From the NCBI RefSeq assembly GCF_006345805.1, contig NC_043004.1, forward strand, positions 46,314,001 through 46,378,000: a stretch of DNA of 64,000 bases, written 5' to 3'. The DNA comes from Octopus sinensis (taxonomy: Eukaryota). Shown here piece after piece: positions 39,636 through 53,440 of this stretch (its first letter is position 1; each line of letters begins with the position of its first letter). The position numbers and the translations under genes were made by a program. The notes below the pieces were generated by a model that saw only the letters and a list, made by a program, of their open reading frames with translations, was not told the DNA's origin and ran no database searches.

Positions 39636-40975
39636 GTGTGTGTGTGTGTGATGTGGTTGACAGTTAATCTTATTTTGCTCGAGCTCGATTATAGAAACTT
39701 GCATTTCGTATGAATTCAGATTCAAAATTTCATACGTAGACACATGCAATTATTATTCATTGATAAACGAAATAATTTCGTGTACAAGACAAAAAAATAT
39801 GAAATATTGCTTTGAGCGGACACTTTATATAATTTATCTCAAATAAATATCAAACAGCTGTGAAGCTATAAAGATTTTCATCATATATAATGTGTATAAG
39901 AAATCTTATGAACTCAAACTATTTTATGCTTTTCATGTCAGATAGATAAATATTTGTAGCGATTTATTAAAAAATATATTTTCTTTCTTCCTTGATGCTA
40001 AAACTTCAAAAGTATCAGCGTTCCAGAAATTGTACTATATATTTTCAAAGTTAGATCCAGGTTCATATATAATACTTTTATACAGTGAATAAGCCATGAT
40101 GATGAATCATATAGCAATATATGTATTTATCCTGTTTTAAATTTTCTTCTGGTTGGCTCAGAATAATATGATTTTAAGCAATTCTTTAAGTACAAAATAT
40201 TAAAAGTATATCCACTGTGAACTAGAAAACCAGTTTGGATGCAAAAAATAGAGAAGTAAAAGAGAAACTTTTAAAATTGATAAAACGCTGTATTACTTTT
40301 GGATCATATTTCAATTGTGCACTAATATATCTTAGTTTCTCTATTCAAAATTAATGTCTATTGTAAAGTCTGCTTTAGAGTTAAATTTGCTGTATTTTGA
40401 ACAAGGCTGAACGTCGCTCTCAGTTTCTCGTTACAATCATGATACTATTATTTCAGTAATGACCTAGATTAATAGAATTCGCAATAAGCATACGAATTTC
40501 ACATAAACCAATAACTTTCTGATTTTGTAAACTTTTTCAATGTGCCTTAAATGTACAAAACATTTTCATTCAATTCTCTATTCTCCAGAGTGTATTTATT
40601 AAAGGTATACATGAAAACTTATTTATAATACTTCCACACATTAAACGTCTTACTGCCGAGTCGTAAACTTGTGTAAGTAAGGATATGTTAACTTTCAAAT
40701 AGGTACTTGTTACTCATAGAATTGTTTTTGAAACATATTAAAAGATATTGTCTTTCTGCACAGTTTATACCATCTACACAATCTAGATAAAATTGAACTA
40801 ACCAACTCAAACTAGGTGGGTGCTTCATCTTGGACTCCTTCTGAATGCAGAGACGTTTAATCTCCCCAGAAGAAATAAGTACAGTGACGCCAAGCATATT
40901 TACTAACTAATACATCAAGTGGATACGGACTACTTCAGAAGACAAGTGTAAGCATCTATATATATATATATATAT

Positions 40976-41113
40976 GTAGGTCCCGGGTTGATTCGGGGTT
41001 AACCACAGTAAATAAGGTACTCAATACATAGCAGAGTAAAATTAATTTATTCCTGAAGATTTCTCTTGAATGAAACAGTTCTAGTCCTGTAGAAGCTCCT
41101 TCTATATAATAAA
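40976..41113 (+). mobile_element. PLE-type pLTR fragment with HHR (41050-41094)
   Basis: UUC-CUGAAGA-UUUCUCUUGAAU-GAAACAG uucuaguc CUGUA|GAA; matches the reverse complement of 60745-60805; ends in (TA)n. Confidence 0.65.
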
Positions 41114-41157
41114 TATATATATATATATATATATATTTATTTATTATTATTATTATT

Positions 41158-41521
41158 TGAGGGAATAAAATCCAAACTTACAAGGGAAAAAAAATTCAAT
41201 TTAGAAATACTAAATCAAATTTCACACAATATAATACATATATTAAAAAATGAGAAAAAAAAACTTTTATCAATTTAAAATGAACAATTAAATTACAACA
41301 TCTAGAAAATTACATATAACAGAAATATTAAAATTGAAATAACAATAAAATGTCAATGATTAAGTAAATTGCAAAAAAATAATAAAAACGTATATAATAG
41401 GTAGAATAACGACACGTGTTTAGTGGCTATATTAAGAAATGATTATAGTAGTAGTGAAATCACTACTACTATAATCATTTCTTAAATATAACCACGAAAC
41501 ACCTGTCGTTATTCGACCAAT
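41158..41521. mobile_element. Sister copy of the 35497 family with head-to-head inversion inside HHR stem II
   Basis: Palindrome about 41397-41521 around spacer 41457-41460; both arms carry GAAAC..GTC remnants and no CUGAUGA. Confidence 0.75.
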
Positions 41522-41616
<95 letters not shown>

Positions 41617-41618
<2 letters not shown>

Positions 41619-41778
41619 ACGGGCTTCTTTCAATATCCGTCTACCGAATCCACTCAGAAGGCATTGGTCGGCCCGAGGCTATAGTAGAAGACATTTGCCC
41701 AAGGAGCCACGCAGTGGGACTGAACCCGGAACCATGTGATTGGTAAGCAAGGTACTTACCACACAGCTACTCATGCAC
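41617..41778 (-). mobile_element. SINE family C, 5' half
   Basis: Reverse complement of 32467-32630. Confidence 0.8.
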
Positions 41779-42162
41779 CGCTATTGCACAATTGTTTTCC
41801 TTTTGTTGCATAGCCGAAAAGCGTCTATTGTATGTGTATAATACTAGCTTTTTTTTCTTGTGTTCGTTATTGTATACATATGTTTGCTTTTTTCAGAAGC
41901 TTCATGGTTTTAGCTTAATGCTCAGGAGCTTGCCGGATTCGAGCGGTACTAGTCGTAAAAAAGCATGAAATTACTAGGACTTTTCGTACACTAACTGATG
42001 AGGAAGTCGGCTGTGGATGATCGATGTATCTTGTTTTTTGTCCAGTTTCCCGTTTGATATATTATCGTCTCTTTCCGCAGGTTATTCTCTGTTGAATTTC
42101 CGCTCGTTGTATTCTTTCTGTCCTACCCTTGAATGATATATATATATATATATATATATATT

Positions 42163-42566
42163 GTAAGAATGGCTATGTGGTAAGTAGTTTGCTTACGAAC
42201 ACATGGTTCCTGGTTCACACCCACTGCGTTACACCTTGGGCAAATGTCTTCTACTATAGCCTGGGGCCGACCAAAGCCTTGTGATTGGATTTGCTAGACG
42301 GAAACTGAAAGAAGCACGTCGTATATATACATATGTATATATGTATGAGTGTGTATATGTTTCTGTGATTGCCCCCCCACCCGCCACATCGCTTGACAAG
42401 CGATGCTGGTGTGTTTACGTCTCCGTAAATTAGCGGTTCGGCAAAAGAGCCCGATAGAATAACTACTAGGCTTACAAAGAATAACTCTTGGAGTCGATTC
42501 GCTCGACTAAAGGCGGTGCTCCACATTGGCCACAGTCGAATGACAGACACAAGTAAAAGAGTAAAG
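42163..42566 (+). mobile_element. SINE family C
   Basis: Colinear with 32467-32865. Confidence 0.85.
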
Positions 42567-42582
42567 GAGAGTATATATATAC

Positions 42583-43456
42583 AGAGGCCATCCGGATTCC
42601 CGCTTGCGCCGTGAACAGAGATTAATCTTCTCTCTCTGCTCTTTTACGCCATTTGGGCTGAACCCCCCCTTTCATCTAACCTCCCCCTAACTCCTACTTC
42701 TCTTCAGTCCTTCATCTTTTCACCCCTACTCTCTTTCCCTCCTCTTCCCTTCTTTACTTTCTTCTCTTCTTCTCTCTTCTTCCCTCTTCCCCTTCTCTCT
42801 TTCTCTCTGATCTCTCACTCCCCTCGTCATCCTCTCCCTACCACTCCCCCTCCTTCTCCTCCTCTCTCCTCCATCTCCTCCCTCCCCTCTCACTCATCCC
42901 CAGCCGAACCCACACCCCACATGGGCTTTCCCCACTCTCTCCCCCCACCTCCCCACAACATCACACTACACTACACTACACTATACAACATTACACATCA
43001 CATCACAACACACCACCCACACACCCATCCCCATATCTCGACACCCACACATACATACATACATACACACGTCCAGACCACCAGCCCTCTTTCACACGCA
43101 CATACATACTCTCTTACACACACACGCACCTTTGTGTTGGGGCCACCTTGGTTTTGGAAGTCACTTGACCCTGTTATCTCCCCTACTGTCCCTCTAGCGT
43201 CTAACGTCTGACCTCTGACCTCTGACCTCTGCCTGAAGTCAGAACGCCATGATAGATCGTTAGCACCTACACGCATTTTTTTTCTCTCCTAGTTTCTCCC
43301 CTTGTTTTTTTTTTCTGTGTATCTTTCTGTCGAAGAGCGTAGGCTCAAAACGTAAAAGACTTGTTCTATTTCTATTCCTGAGCGCCATACTAATACATTT
43401 GTTTGTTTGTACTCCACCTGCCTTCGTCTTTTGTTTATTTTCGTAAACCTTCCCGT

Positions 43457-43457
<1 letters not shown>
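42583..43457 (+). mobile_element. 3' end of a Penelope-like element (end of GIY-YIG ORF plus pLTR) with minimal HHR at 43322-43359
   Basis: GHPDSRLRREQRLIFSLCSFTPFGLNP resembles the PLE endonuclease C-terminus (E..LIF.L..L.P.GLN); UCUUU-CUGUCGA-A GAGC GUAG GCUC-(A)AAACGUA|AAAGA. Confidence 0.65.
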
Positions 43458-43532
<75 letters not shown>

Positions 43533-43533
<1 letters not shown>

Positions 43534-44455
43534 GGGACGTCAAGCAGTAAGGCGAAGCAAATATATGCAATATTATTATAGGAAGAAATTCAAAAACCTT
43601 ACAGCAGTTTCTGGGATAAGACCGAGTATGGGATATTACGTCATCAGAGACAAATAGGGGGAAACATATGGAAAATGAGAATGGTGTATATCAATAAGAT
43701 TACAACATAGAGGAAGGGAGTAAAAGAATAAGATGGAAAGAGAGATGAAAAAGAAGCACAACACGCATAGTTCAACATTCTGAAGTTATAGAAACCAGTG
43801 CGTGAGTCCTTAGGTGCAGTCCTTCGTAGATCCATGAGCGTAAGTCTTTAGGTGCAATCCTGTGTATATGCATGTGGGTTAAATTCAGGGTGTGGTAGAC
43901 ATCCTATGAAAAAGACGTGAACATATCAACGTTCAATAACAGAATGGTAGTGGAGGTGGCTATTAATTGGTTAAAGAAAAGAAAGGAAATAGAAAGAGTA
44001 GTAGATAGAGTGAGGTAGGGGGGTTAAGGATTGGCTATAGGATAAAGTAAGGTGCATATGTGTATGCTGTCTTAGAATTGCGTACGGGGTAGCGGAGAAG
44101 ATAAGAGAGAGAAGGCGGTAGAGGAAGATAGGGTAAAAAAAATATAGCGAGATGAAAGAAATTTAATGGGAGTAGTAGATGTCTGGTAGTCACAAAGTCC
44201 AAAGTTCTTGGGGAGGAAATTTGAGAGTAATTGCTGGTGTCTGTCTTGGCTAAGATCAGTGAGTGTTGAGTTCTTTTTAGCAATGGAATTTGTATGCGTA
44301 GGTAGCCGAGAGAGGAATAGCTAGTTGAATGTTAAGTTATGAGTGGGAGTTAGATTTAGGGTTTTATAGTAAGGGATTTATTGCGTTAAAGTTTAAAATG
44401 TAATAAGGATAAGTTTTAGAATTTATATTAATCTCAGTGTGCGATGAGGTACAGT
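43533..44455 (-). mobile_element. Unclassified repeat with degenerate HHR (43596-43651) near its TA-anchored end
   Basis: GUCU-CUGAUGA-29 nt-GAAAC UGCU GUA|AGGU; stem II poorly paired; strong purine/pyrimidine strand asymmetry. Confidence 0.4.
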
Positions 44456-44757
44456 AGATAGATATGCAGTAAGACAATTTTTTGCTCTGTCAAGTCCATA
44501 CTTGTTGCAAATTACCTAATGGACAAGCCTGACTGTATTGTCGTAGCGTCTCTTATATTCTTTCTGGGCCAGTGGCGTACATTGGCTAGCAATATGCCAT
44601 ATGTTTTCAACATTTTGTCCACAGAATCTGCACTTATGACTTTCTGCTGTGTTGTCTATTCTGTATTTTATGTAGTTTATTCTTGGTGCTTGCTCTTGGG
44701 CAGCGCATATTAGAGCCTCCGTTTCCGGTTTTAAATCCCTTTAATCATCCACAACCA
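44456..44757 (-). mobile_element. R4/Dong LINE fragment (CCHC region)
   Basis: Colinear with 8320-8580 and the reverse complement of 49560-49830. Confidence 0.85.
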
Positions 44758-44758
44758 T

Positions 44759-45289
<531 letters not shown>

Positions 45290-46740
45290 TATTTATTATT
45301 ATTATTATTATTATTATGATCATCATCATCATAATTATCATGATTATTATTATTATTAATATTTCTTCCTTCGATTTTGTTTACATTCCTAGCCAAATGA
45401 CTTCCAGACACGAAGGGTGAAGAAAATCATTGAATGCCTTGATAGGCCCCTATCAATTACCATCCGTCAGAGCCAGCGTTCATCACTTCAAACAATCTCG
45501 GATTTCTGCATCAATAGGCCAGATAGTTTCATTTATTTCCCTACATTTGCCGTTCTTCCTTTATCTTTGAATTCTCTTACTGTTTAAGTCACTTATTTGG
45601 TATTTCGTGTTGCCGACAATATTCTTTCTTTACTCTGCACAACATGATATTTCTGACTCAGTATCGCAATTTTATAACGGTGATTTTAGTATTTAGTGAT
45701 CCTCTGCCTTTCTTTGGTAGGTAGAATCTGTCTGTATTACATTTAGCGTCATCCTTTCATGCTTCGTAGCTCGTTGTTGTTCTCGTGCTTGGTATATAAA
45801 CGCTTGGCACCTCTGATGCAGATCTATGATCCCAGGTGTTCAAACATAATTTTTATTTCATTGCATACACTAGTGTATATATATTTTTGACACAGAGCAG
45901 TATTGTTTGAAATACATTATACAATTGATTGTATCAGTCACCCTTTAACACAAGAAATGGAAAACGCCCAGAATTACTCATATTACGATTTTCGGCAGTA
46001 CTTATCATATTATTCGAATCTAGTAAATATTATAGCAATTTGTGGCGGTGGGTCGCAAGTTACAAATTAACATCATCGCATTTTTAGATTGCTAAATTGC
46101 TAAATAAATAAGCGTTGAATCTACAGTGAGGAATGGCTCCATCACTTTTGCACCAGCTGAGTTTCAGCCTAATTAATCCCCAATTAACGAGTAAGCATTA
46201 TTACACTGCTCTCTGAGCAAAAATTATTACACTGTTCTCTGATTTTTCTCTCAATTTCTATTACTGTATATACCACATGCGTCTCGCTAAATATGCATTA
46301 ACAACAGTCTATATATTCTGAGCCTATCCACAATTTAAACATAACGTCAACCAAACTGTCAGCGTGCAAATACGCATATCGTATCAGTATTGTAATTGTA
46401 CATCTAAAACTAACTACCCAAGCAATATTAGTAAAGTTCGGATATTTATATTTATTAATACTCATAGAATTATAGTAAAATTGGTTAGGAGTCTAAGATA
46501 AACTATTTAAATGAGTCTGATTTGTATTCATCGATCACGAAACATCTGTTTCGAATTACAACTAACATTGCTCACGAAGGCCAGATCGAATAGTGTAATT
46601 TTCTATGCGGCTGCCCATGTGAGCGCCCCTGCACTGCATAGGCCTGCGTTAACTCTGATTCTGTTAATAAAACATTGACAAATAATAAAAAGATAAAAAC
46701 AATAATATTAGTGATATCAGTGATGATGATGATGATGATG

Positions 46741-46783
<43 letters not shown>

Positions 46784-46789
46784 TAATAA

Positions 46790-49700
46790 AAGGAAGAAGA
46801 TGGAATCTCCACATGTCCTGATTAATGCTACATCTAGTGATGGTGTCAAAATGAAAACACTGGTAATGGCGTAAACCTGATAATCGCTACCTCATATGAA
46901 TGACAATCAAAAACAAAATTTTGAGAATAATGGTGGTAATGAAACTGAAGCCAATGATGGTGATAGTGTTACACCCGGTAGGCTCAGAGATTCTGGTCCG
47001 GCTCCAGTCTACCTATATCCAGAAACGGACTACCACACACGGCGTAGGTGGAGGAAGCAAATCAATGCCGCGGTCATAGAGTGATACTACCTGAGCAACC
47101 CGTAGATGAAAATGATGCTCAAATTAGGGGTTAACGACAACGTATGTATGATTATTGGAGAGAAAAGGGATTGTTTCAACTCAAGGAACGGAGACTATGT
47201 GATCAAGCTAGAGAAATAAGAAAAATTCATTGGTTCACAGTAGTAGAGCTCGAAGCTATCAAAAGACGGGTCATGGAAAATAGCAGCAGAGATAATAATG
47301 AAAATACAGTTCTTACTAATAAAAGTAATCGCATAGCACAGGAAAAAAGCAGTGGTAGCTTACTTGATGAGATACATAAAGGAGACAATAAAACTAATAG
47401 CGACATGACAGATGAGCAAAAGACAATCTACGACAGAAGAGAGGCAAGACTACAGGAGAACGATAACGACAATATTTGCAACCTTAAAAAGAAACGAAAA
47501 ATGTCAATGAAATCCCGAAGGATATCAGAACAACAACGTAACAGAAACAAATAATTTGATCAATTTGATTGTTGTAGTAGAAAACGTGAGTGGTGATGTC
47601 AACAAAAAGAAATATAATGTGAGTGAAAAAAGAAAAGATCCATGGTGAAAAAGAAGAATCCAGGCAGGGTTAGATATGATGTGGAAGGACATTTCTGTTT
47701 TAGACCGAAAAGACAAATTGCAGCTTAAAAGCGTATAAAAATACACTGAAAAGGAAGAATAATATTCAAAGAAAGGGTTTGAAAATGTTAAAAGAGGAAC
47801 TGAAACAGCGCCTCGTTGCAAAGAAAGCAAAGATGGTTAGATACGACCAAAGAATATAAGGGTTACCAGCAGAATAGGTTGCTCAGCATAGATCAGAAGA
47901 TATTCTATAAAGAAATAAATGGAGAGTCTACAGATAACAATGAAAGTCAGAGGTTTTAGAGCGACATCAGGAGCGAAGACAAGGATCGCAAGAAGGATCC
48001 TGAATGGCTGTAAGAATTTAAACAAACAGTTGTGTCCCCAAAATAGCCAGGGCTAGTCATTTCAGTTAAGGAACTGAAGAAATTAGAAAAAAAATAAATA
48101 AGTGGAAGCCATCCTCCAAGGGGTCTGCCTGTCCCCACTGATCTTTGTTCTGTGCTTCATATTACTAACATTGAGCCTGAGGAACGCAAAAGCTGGGTAT
48201 GGTGTCCTGCAACATGCGTAGAAGTGTTGCAAGCGTAAGTGCAGAGGTACCAAGGATCAAATTTTGATACACAAAACTTTACTTAAAGACTGCAAGAGGA
48301 GCAAAAGTAACGTAGCGATGTCATAGATCGACTATTGTAATGCGTACTATATGAACCCACATTCTTGGATTATGGAATATAGGAACATATTTGGTATTGT
48401 ATCGAATGTTGAGCGATTGCTTGGAAAAAAAAGTATGGCGGTTTGGAGGACGGACCTGAGGGGTACATGGAAGAAGTTTAGGGACAATAGAAATCAGGTG
48501 GGGTATCCTCCAAGGTGTCTACCTGTCCCCACTGATCTTTGTATTGTGCTTGATACTACTAGCACTGATTCTGAGGAAAGCAAAAGCTGGGTATGTATTC
48601 AAAAGCCGCCAACAAAAAGTCAGTCAGTTGTTATTCATGGATGACCTCAGACTTTATGGTGAAGAAGAATCCCAATTCAGTTCGATCGTTAATGCGGTGT
48701 ATTTTTTCAGTGTTGATATCAGAATGGATTTCGGACTGAGAAAGTGTGGTTTGTTAGTCTTGAGCACAGGCAAAATCAAAAGTATGGACGGTCTAACGGT
48801 ACCGTCGTGGGAGGTTATGAAGCAGATAGAAGAGACGAGCTATAAGTACTTTGGGTTATTGAAAATGGATAAATTGAAGGAGAAAGAAATGGCAGAAAAA
48901 TTTAAGGTGGGTACTTGCGCAGACGGAGACAAATGTATAGACGGGCTAACGATACCGTCGGGGAAGGTTATGATGCTGATAGAAGAGACGAACTATAAGT
49001 ACATGGGGATTTGGAAATGGATAAATTGATGGAGAAAGAGATGATCAAAAAATTTTAAGTGGTGTACATGACAGACTGAGACTGATCCTTAAGTCGAAAT
49101 TAAACGAACGTAATAAGATCGAAGCTATCAACTCCTAGGCGGTTTCACTCCTTGGACATGGAGCAGGGGTGATCGCATGGGCAGTATGACGAACTAAGCA
49201 GCTTAGACAGAAAGACTAGGAAATTGCTAACTAGATATGGGATACTCCACCCAAAAAGTGATACAGAGAGACTGTATGTACCAGGAAAAACCGGGGGAAG
49301 TGGACTTATTAGATACGAACACAGTATTAGTGCAGAAGAAAACAATATAGCATTGTATGTAAAAAATGCCAAAGAACCGCTTTTATTAGACGTAAGAAGG
49401 TCTGGCTTGTGTAGGATTAAAGATTGCAACGATAAAGCACTATACATGAAATTGAAAACGAATGTAACTGAAAATAGGTGGGTAAAGAAAAGAATGCATG
49501 GTCAATTTTATAGGGATGTTGAAGATAAGACAGAAAGAGGAAAAAGATGGTTGTGGATGACTGTAAGTGATTTAAACCGGAAACGGTGGCTCTAATATGT
49601 GTTGCCCAAGAGCAAGCACTAAGAATAAACTACATAAAATAAAGAATAGACAACACAGCAGAAAGTGATAAATGAAGAATTTGTGGACAAAATGTTGAAA

Positions 49701-50305
49701 CCGTATGGCTTACTACCAGTCAATGTACGCCACTAGTCCAGAAGGAATATAAGAGACGTCATGACAATATTGTAAGGATTGTCCATTGGACATTTTGCAA
49801 CAAATATGGACTGAACAGAGCAAAAAGTGGCACGACCATAAACCCGAAGGCATCATCGAATATAATAATGCAAAGATCCAATGGGATTTTATAATTCAGT
49901 GCGACTATGAATTACAGAATAGGAATCCAGGCATAATCTTACTTGTGAAAGAAAGCAAATGATGCTGGATCATAACTAAAGCATGCCCGGCGACATCAAG
50001 GTATGCGATAAGGAAGAAGGAAAATATGGTAATAGTACCTCTAATTGTCGGAGCCCTGGAGAGGTTGGGAAGTTAAGCTTTTGTGGTCACTGAAAAAGGT
50101 GGTAGTGCTAACAATAACTGTTGGAGCCCTGGTAACAGTGAACATAACTATTGAGAAGTAGATGGAACAAATAAGGGCTGCAATAAGGATGGAGCACTGC
50201 CTGGAAGCGCTCGAAAATTAAGGGTTGTTACCTTAGTTCCCTGGTAGGGAACAGCTGGAAGTGTATTATATCTCCAGCGTTAGAAGATGTACAAAGGCAA
50301 TAAAT
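46790..50305 (+). mobile_element. Long decayed R4/Dong-clade LINE in (TAA)n
   Basis: RRRWRKQIN..YYLS N-terminus, LLFMDDLRLY RT motif, ICGQNVET..SQC knuckle, KPEGII..WDF..ACP RLE; (TAA)n on both flanks; homologous to 7822-10110. Confidence 0.9.
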
Positions 50306-50334
50306 AGTAATAATAATAATAATCCTTTGTGTTA

Positions 50335-50520
50335 TGGGCACAACGTCTGAAATTTTGATGGAAATGCCAGACTACATCGATCCCAGTACTCAACTGGCAT
50401 TATTTTGTCGACCTGAAAGCATAAATGGTGAAGTCGACGTTGACAAAATTTGGATACAGCAAGTGAAGACGGCTGAAAATGCTGCTTATCTGTTTGTCTG
50501 ATGCTGTAACGAATGTGCCG
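50335..50520 (-). mobile_element. SINE family D, old copy
   Basis: atcgatcccagtactcaactgg..gtcgacctgaaag..aagtcgac. Confidence 0.5.
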
Positions 50521-50543
50521 GCTAGTGGCAGTAGTAGTAGTAT

Positions 50544-50576
<33 letters not shown>

Positions 50577-50669
50577 TAGTAGTAGTAGTAGTGTAGTAGT
50601 AGTAGTAAGAACACATAATTAGAACTTCAGGCCGTTTGCTGCAAATGACTAGAAAGAAAGGTGAAACAG

Positions 50670-51476
50670 TAATGTAGTCAGTAAATAGATTTGCCAGAGA
50701 AAGTGATATTAGATTCGGCTTAGTAAAATGCGCCAAGTCATCTCTTAGGAGAATGAAATTAATTAAGAAGAATAATATAATTCTAGATAAAGAGACTGAA
50801 ATTAGAGAATTACAACAATATGAGACATAGTGATTCAAAGAGTCAATGAACTAGACAATACATGATAAAGTAAAGAAAAAAGATTATTAAAGCATATTGT
50901 TGACGCAATAGAAGAATACTTAAAACAGAATGATAAATCAAAATACGATAATAAGCAGCAAATCTATAATGGTCCCAGTGATAAATCATATTTATAACAT
51001 TCTCTATTGGACGCAAGACCATCTCGTAAAACTTGGAAAATATTTATTGAGTTTTGAATACAGCATATAAAATCAAACATGGAAAGTTTACTAAGACGGT
51101 GGTAGATCATTATGCAACTCATAAAAACTATTTTAAAATGTCCACAGGAGGACCAAGGAGGCAATAAAAAATCATTGAAATGTAATACGTAATGTTATGT
51201 AACATGAACAACAGGAAATAATTGCTGTTTTATATCTTCAAGGAAGCCTAACAAGTACTTGAAATGAATGACATGTAATCCGTGAAAAACTGAAAAAAAT
51301 AACAAAATTCGTTTCAAGACTGAAATGTAGAGTAAGATAAGATCTACAGAATACTATATAATGAAGTGAATGGAAGAAATGGTTCTATAAGTCTGAAAAC
51401 GAAAAACAATGAAAGACACGGGAAATAAGACTAAGACTGGATAATTATTGATTGCGCTACTGAACTCAGATTCTAC

Positions 51477-51519
<43 letters not shown>

Positions 51520-51800
51520 GAGAAATGTGTAACAGTAGGTGTGAAGTTGGGAAACAAAGAGTTGCCAAGAAAAGATTGTAGTAACAAATATGATGCGTTG
51601 TGACTTACATGCACTGGAAGTTGTCCGAGCGTTATGACAAACCTTGAGATAAGTTGTATTAGCATACACTACAAATGTTCTCCGACGATAAAAGTCAAAT
51701 ATCATTACACACAAAAACGGTATGGTGATATATATTCATTGGATATTGTTGTCAATGTTTACAACGAAAAGTACGTCTCTTGCGCAACATAGAAGCCCAA
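50670..51800 (+). mobile_element. Old R4/Dong-type LINE fragment
   Basis: NRFARESDIRFGLVKCAK..RELQQYET and CVVTYMHWKLSERY resemble the R4 post-RT and knuckle regions; heavily decayed. Confidence 0.6.
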
Positions 51801-52457
51801 ACAGATGCTGATGTAATCAGTGAATTAAAGAAGTACTCAGAAAAAAAAAATATGGAAATGGTGATAAGTAGAATATGCAGAATATAATAATAGGTAAATA
51901 AACAAGAAAACACAAAAAAGAAGGTATGCGAAGGCGAAGGTATTGTTTCCGTTGTTTATTTGTCTCTAGGTAAGATATTTCAGGAACCGCTGGATGGATT
52001 CAGTTGAAAATTTGAAGGAGTTTGGTCTCGTGACTGGCACGAAGTGATAAGATTTTGGCATCTGGATTATTTGTTATATTTACTTTACTTACTTTATATC
52101 AATTATTATGATCTTATATTGAATTGCAAGTCTCTCTCTGATTATTTCTCTTGAAATCACGCTTATGGCAGTGTTGCTGCCTCCAAAATTTTATTTTCGT
52201 TTCTCTATTAATTTTAGGATAAAGAATTTTAACTCCATAAACAAACGGCAGCAAAAAACGTTCAGAAATTAAATAACACTAACATATTCAGTAACAATAA
52301 CAAATTTAATTTATCCCCGACCATTTTTAGCTTTATCTTTTGAATATATCGCTGCTGTTTCGAACCTCTTACCTACTTCAGTTATATATTTAAGAGATGA
52401 GGAATCATGTACATTATTTACATTTCACGGATATTTGTCCTCGTGTTGTTTGTTGTT

Positions 52458-52503
52458 AACACAACGTTTCGGCTGATATGCCCTCCAGCCTTCATCAGTT
52501 GTC
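52458..52503 (-). ncRNA. Minimal type I HHR (PLE-type), stem I weakened
   Basis: GACAA-CUGAUGA-A GGCUG gagggcauau CAGCC-GAAACGUU|GUGUU. Confidence 0.65.
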
Positions 52504-52514
52504 TTGACAATTAC

Positions 52515-52740
52515 ATTTCAAACGCTGCCAAGAAAGAAGCATTACTACTTGGACTCGATGTTTTTAAACCTCCGTTAACAGCACCCTATGCTGGTCCTTT
52601 CCATTTTCTTCCACGCACAGATAATTTTTTCACTATACACCTTAATAGTCGTAAAGACACTATATTAGTGAATAGACTAACAACACTCTTCATAAAGAAA
52701 ACTATCCCTGTTACCACTGCAGACGACACACACTGAGTAT
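52515..52740 (+). mobile_element. Gypsy integrase C-terminal fragment
   Basis: DVFKPPLTAPYAGPFHFLPRTDNFFTIHLNSRKDTILVNRL matches the PL..PY.GPF.V..R....F.I......DTVS.DRL pattern. Confidence 0.7.
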
Positions 52741-53002
52741 TACAAACACAGCCCACACGCTTACCTTTACATTCTAGATCTACTGTTGGGCCCGATCAGG
52801 TACCGAACAAGGATTCTGGATTATTTTTCCGTTTTTTTTTTTAATTTAATTTTTGAGAGCGGTCGGGTTCATTTTTAGTATTCTCGTTTGTGAGAGGCAA
52901 TTGAGTTTATTTAAGATATTCTCATTTTAAAAATCATCTCTAATGAATCGTTGAGAGGACGTCGGTGTTGCCTAGGCGAAGACTTGCGTTCTTTGAGTGC
53001 TC

Positions 53003-53075
<73 letters not shown>

Positions 53076-53174
53076 CAATATTATTATCATTATTAATATT
53101 ATCCTTATTGTGAGAGAGCAGTGCATGCCATCAGTGACAGTGGGGTACAAATATACGAAGCCCAATTTACCCAT

Positions 53175-53290
53175 CTTGGGCAGCACATATTAGAGCCTCC
53201 GTTTCCGGTTTTAATTCCCTTTTAGTCATCCACAGCCATCTTTTTACTCTGTCTGTCTTATCTTTAACATCCCTATGAAATTGACCATGC
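53175..53290 (-). mobile_element. R4/Dong LINE scrap
   Basis: ttgggcagcacatattagagcctccgtttccgg, as at 8535 and 44697. Confidence 0.8.
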
Positions 53291-53405
53291 AGTCTAAGAA
53301 GGGTAAAACAGGTTCATGCATCACAACCATATGTGAGCGAGATGGTGATCTCATAACAAGATAAACAGCACATAATCTTATTATTGTTGTTGTTGTTGCT
53401 GCTGC

Positions 53406-53440
<35 letters not shown>

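Noticed and set aside
41995-42001. Isolated CTGATGA (also at 37151)
   Set aside because: No downstream GAAA with pairable stems
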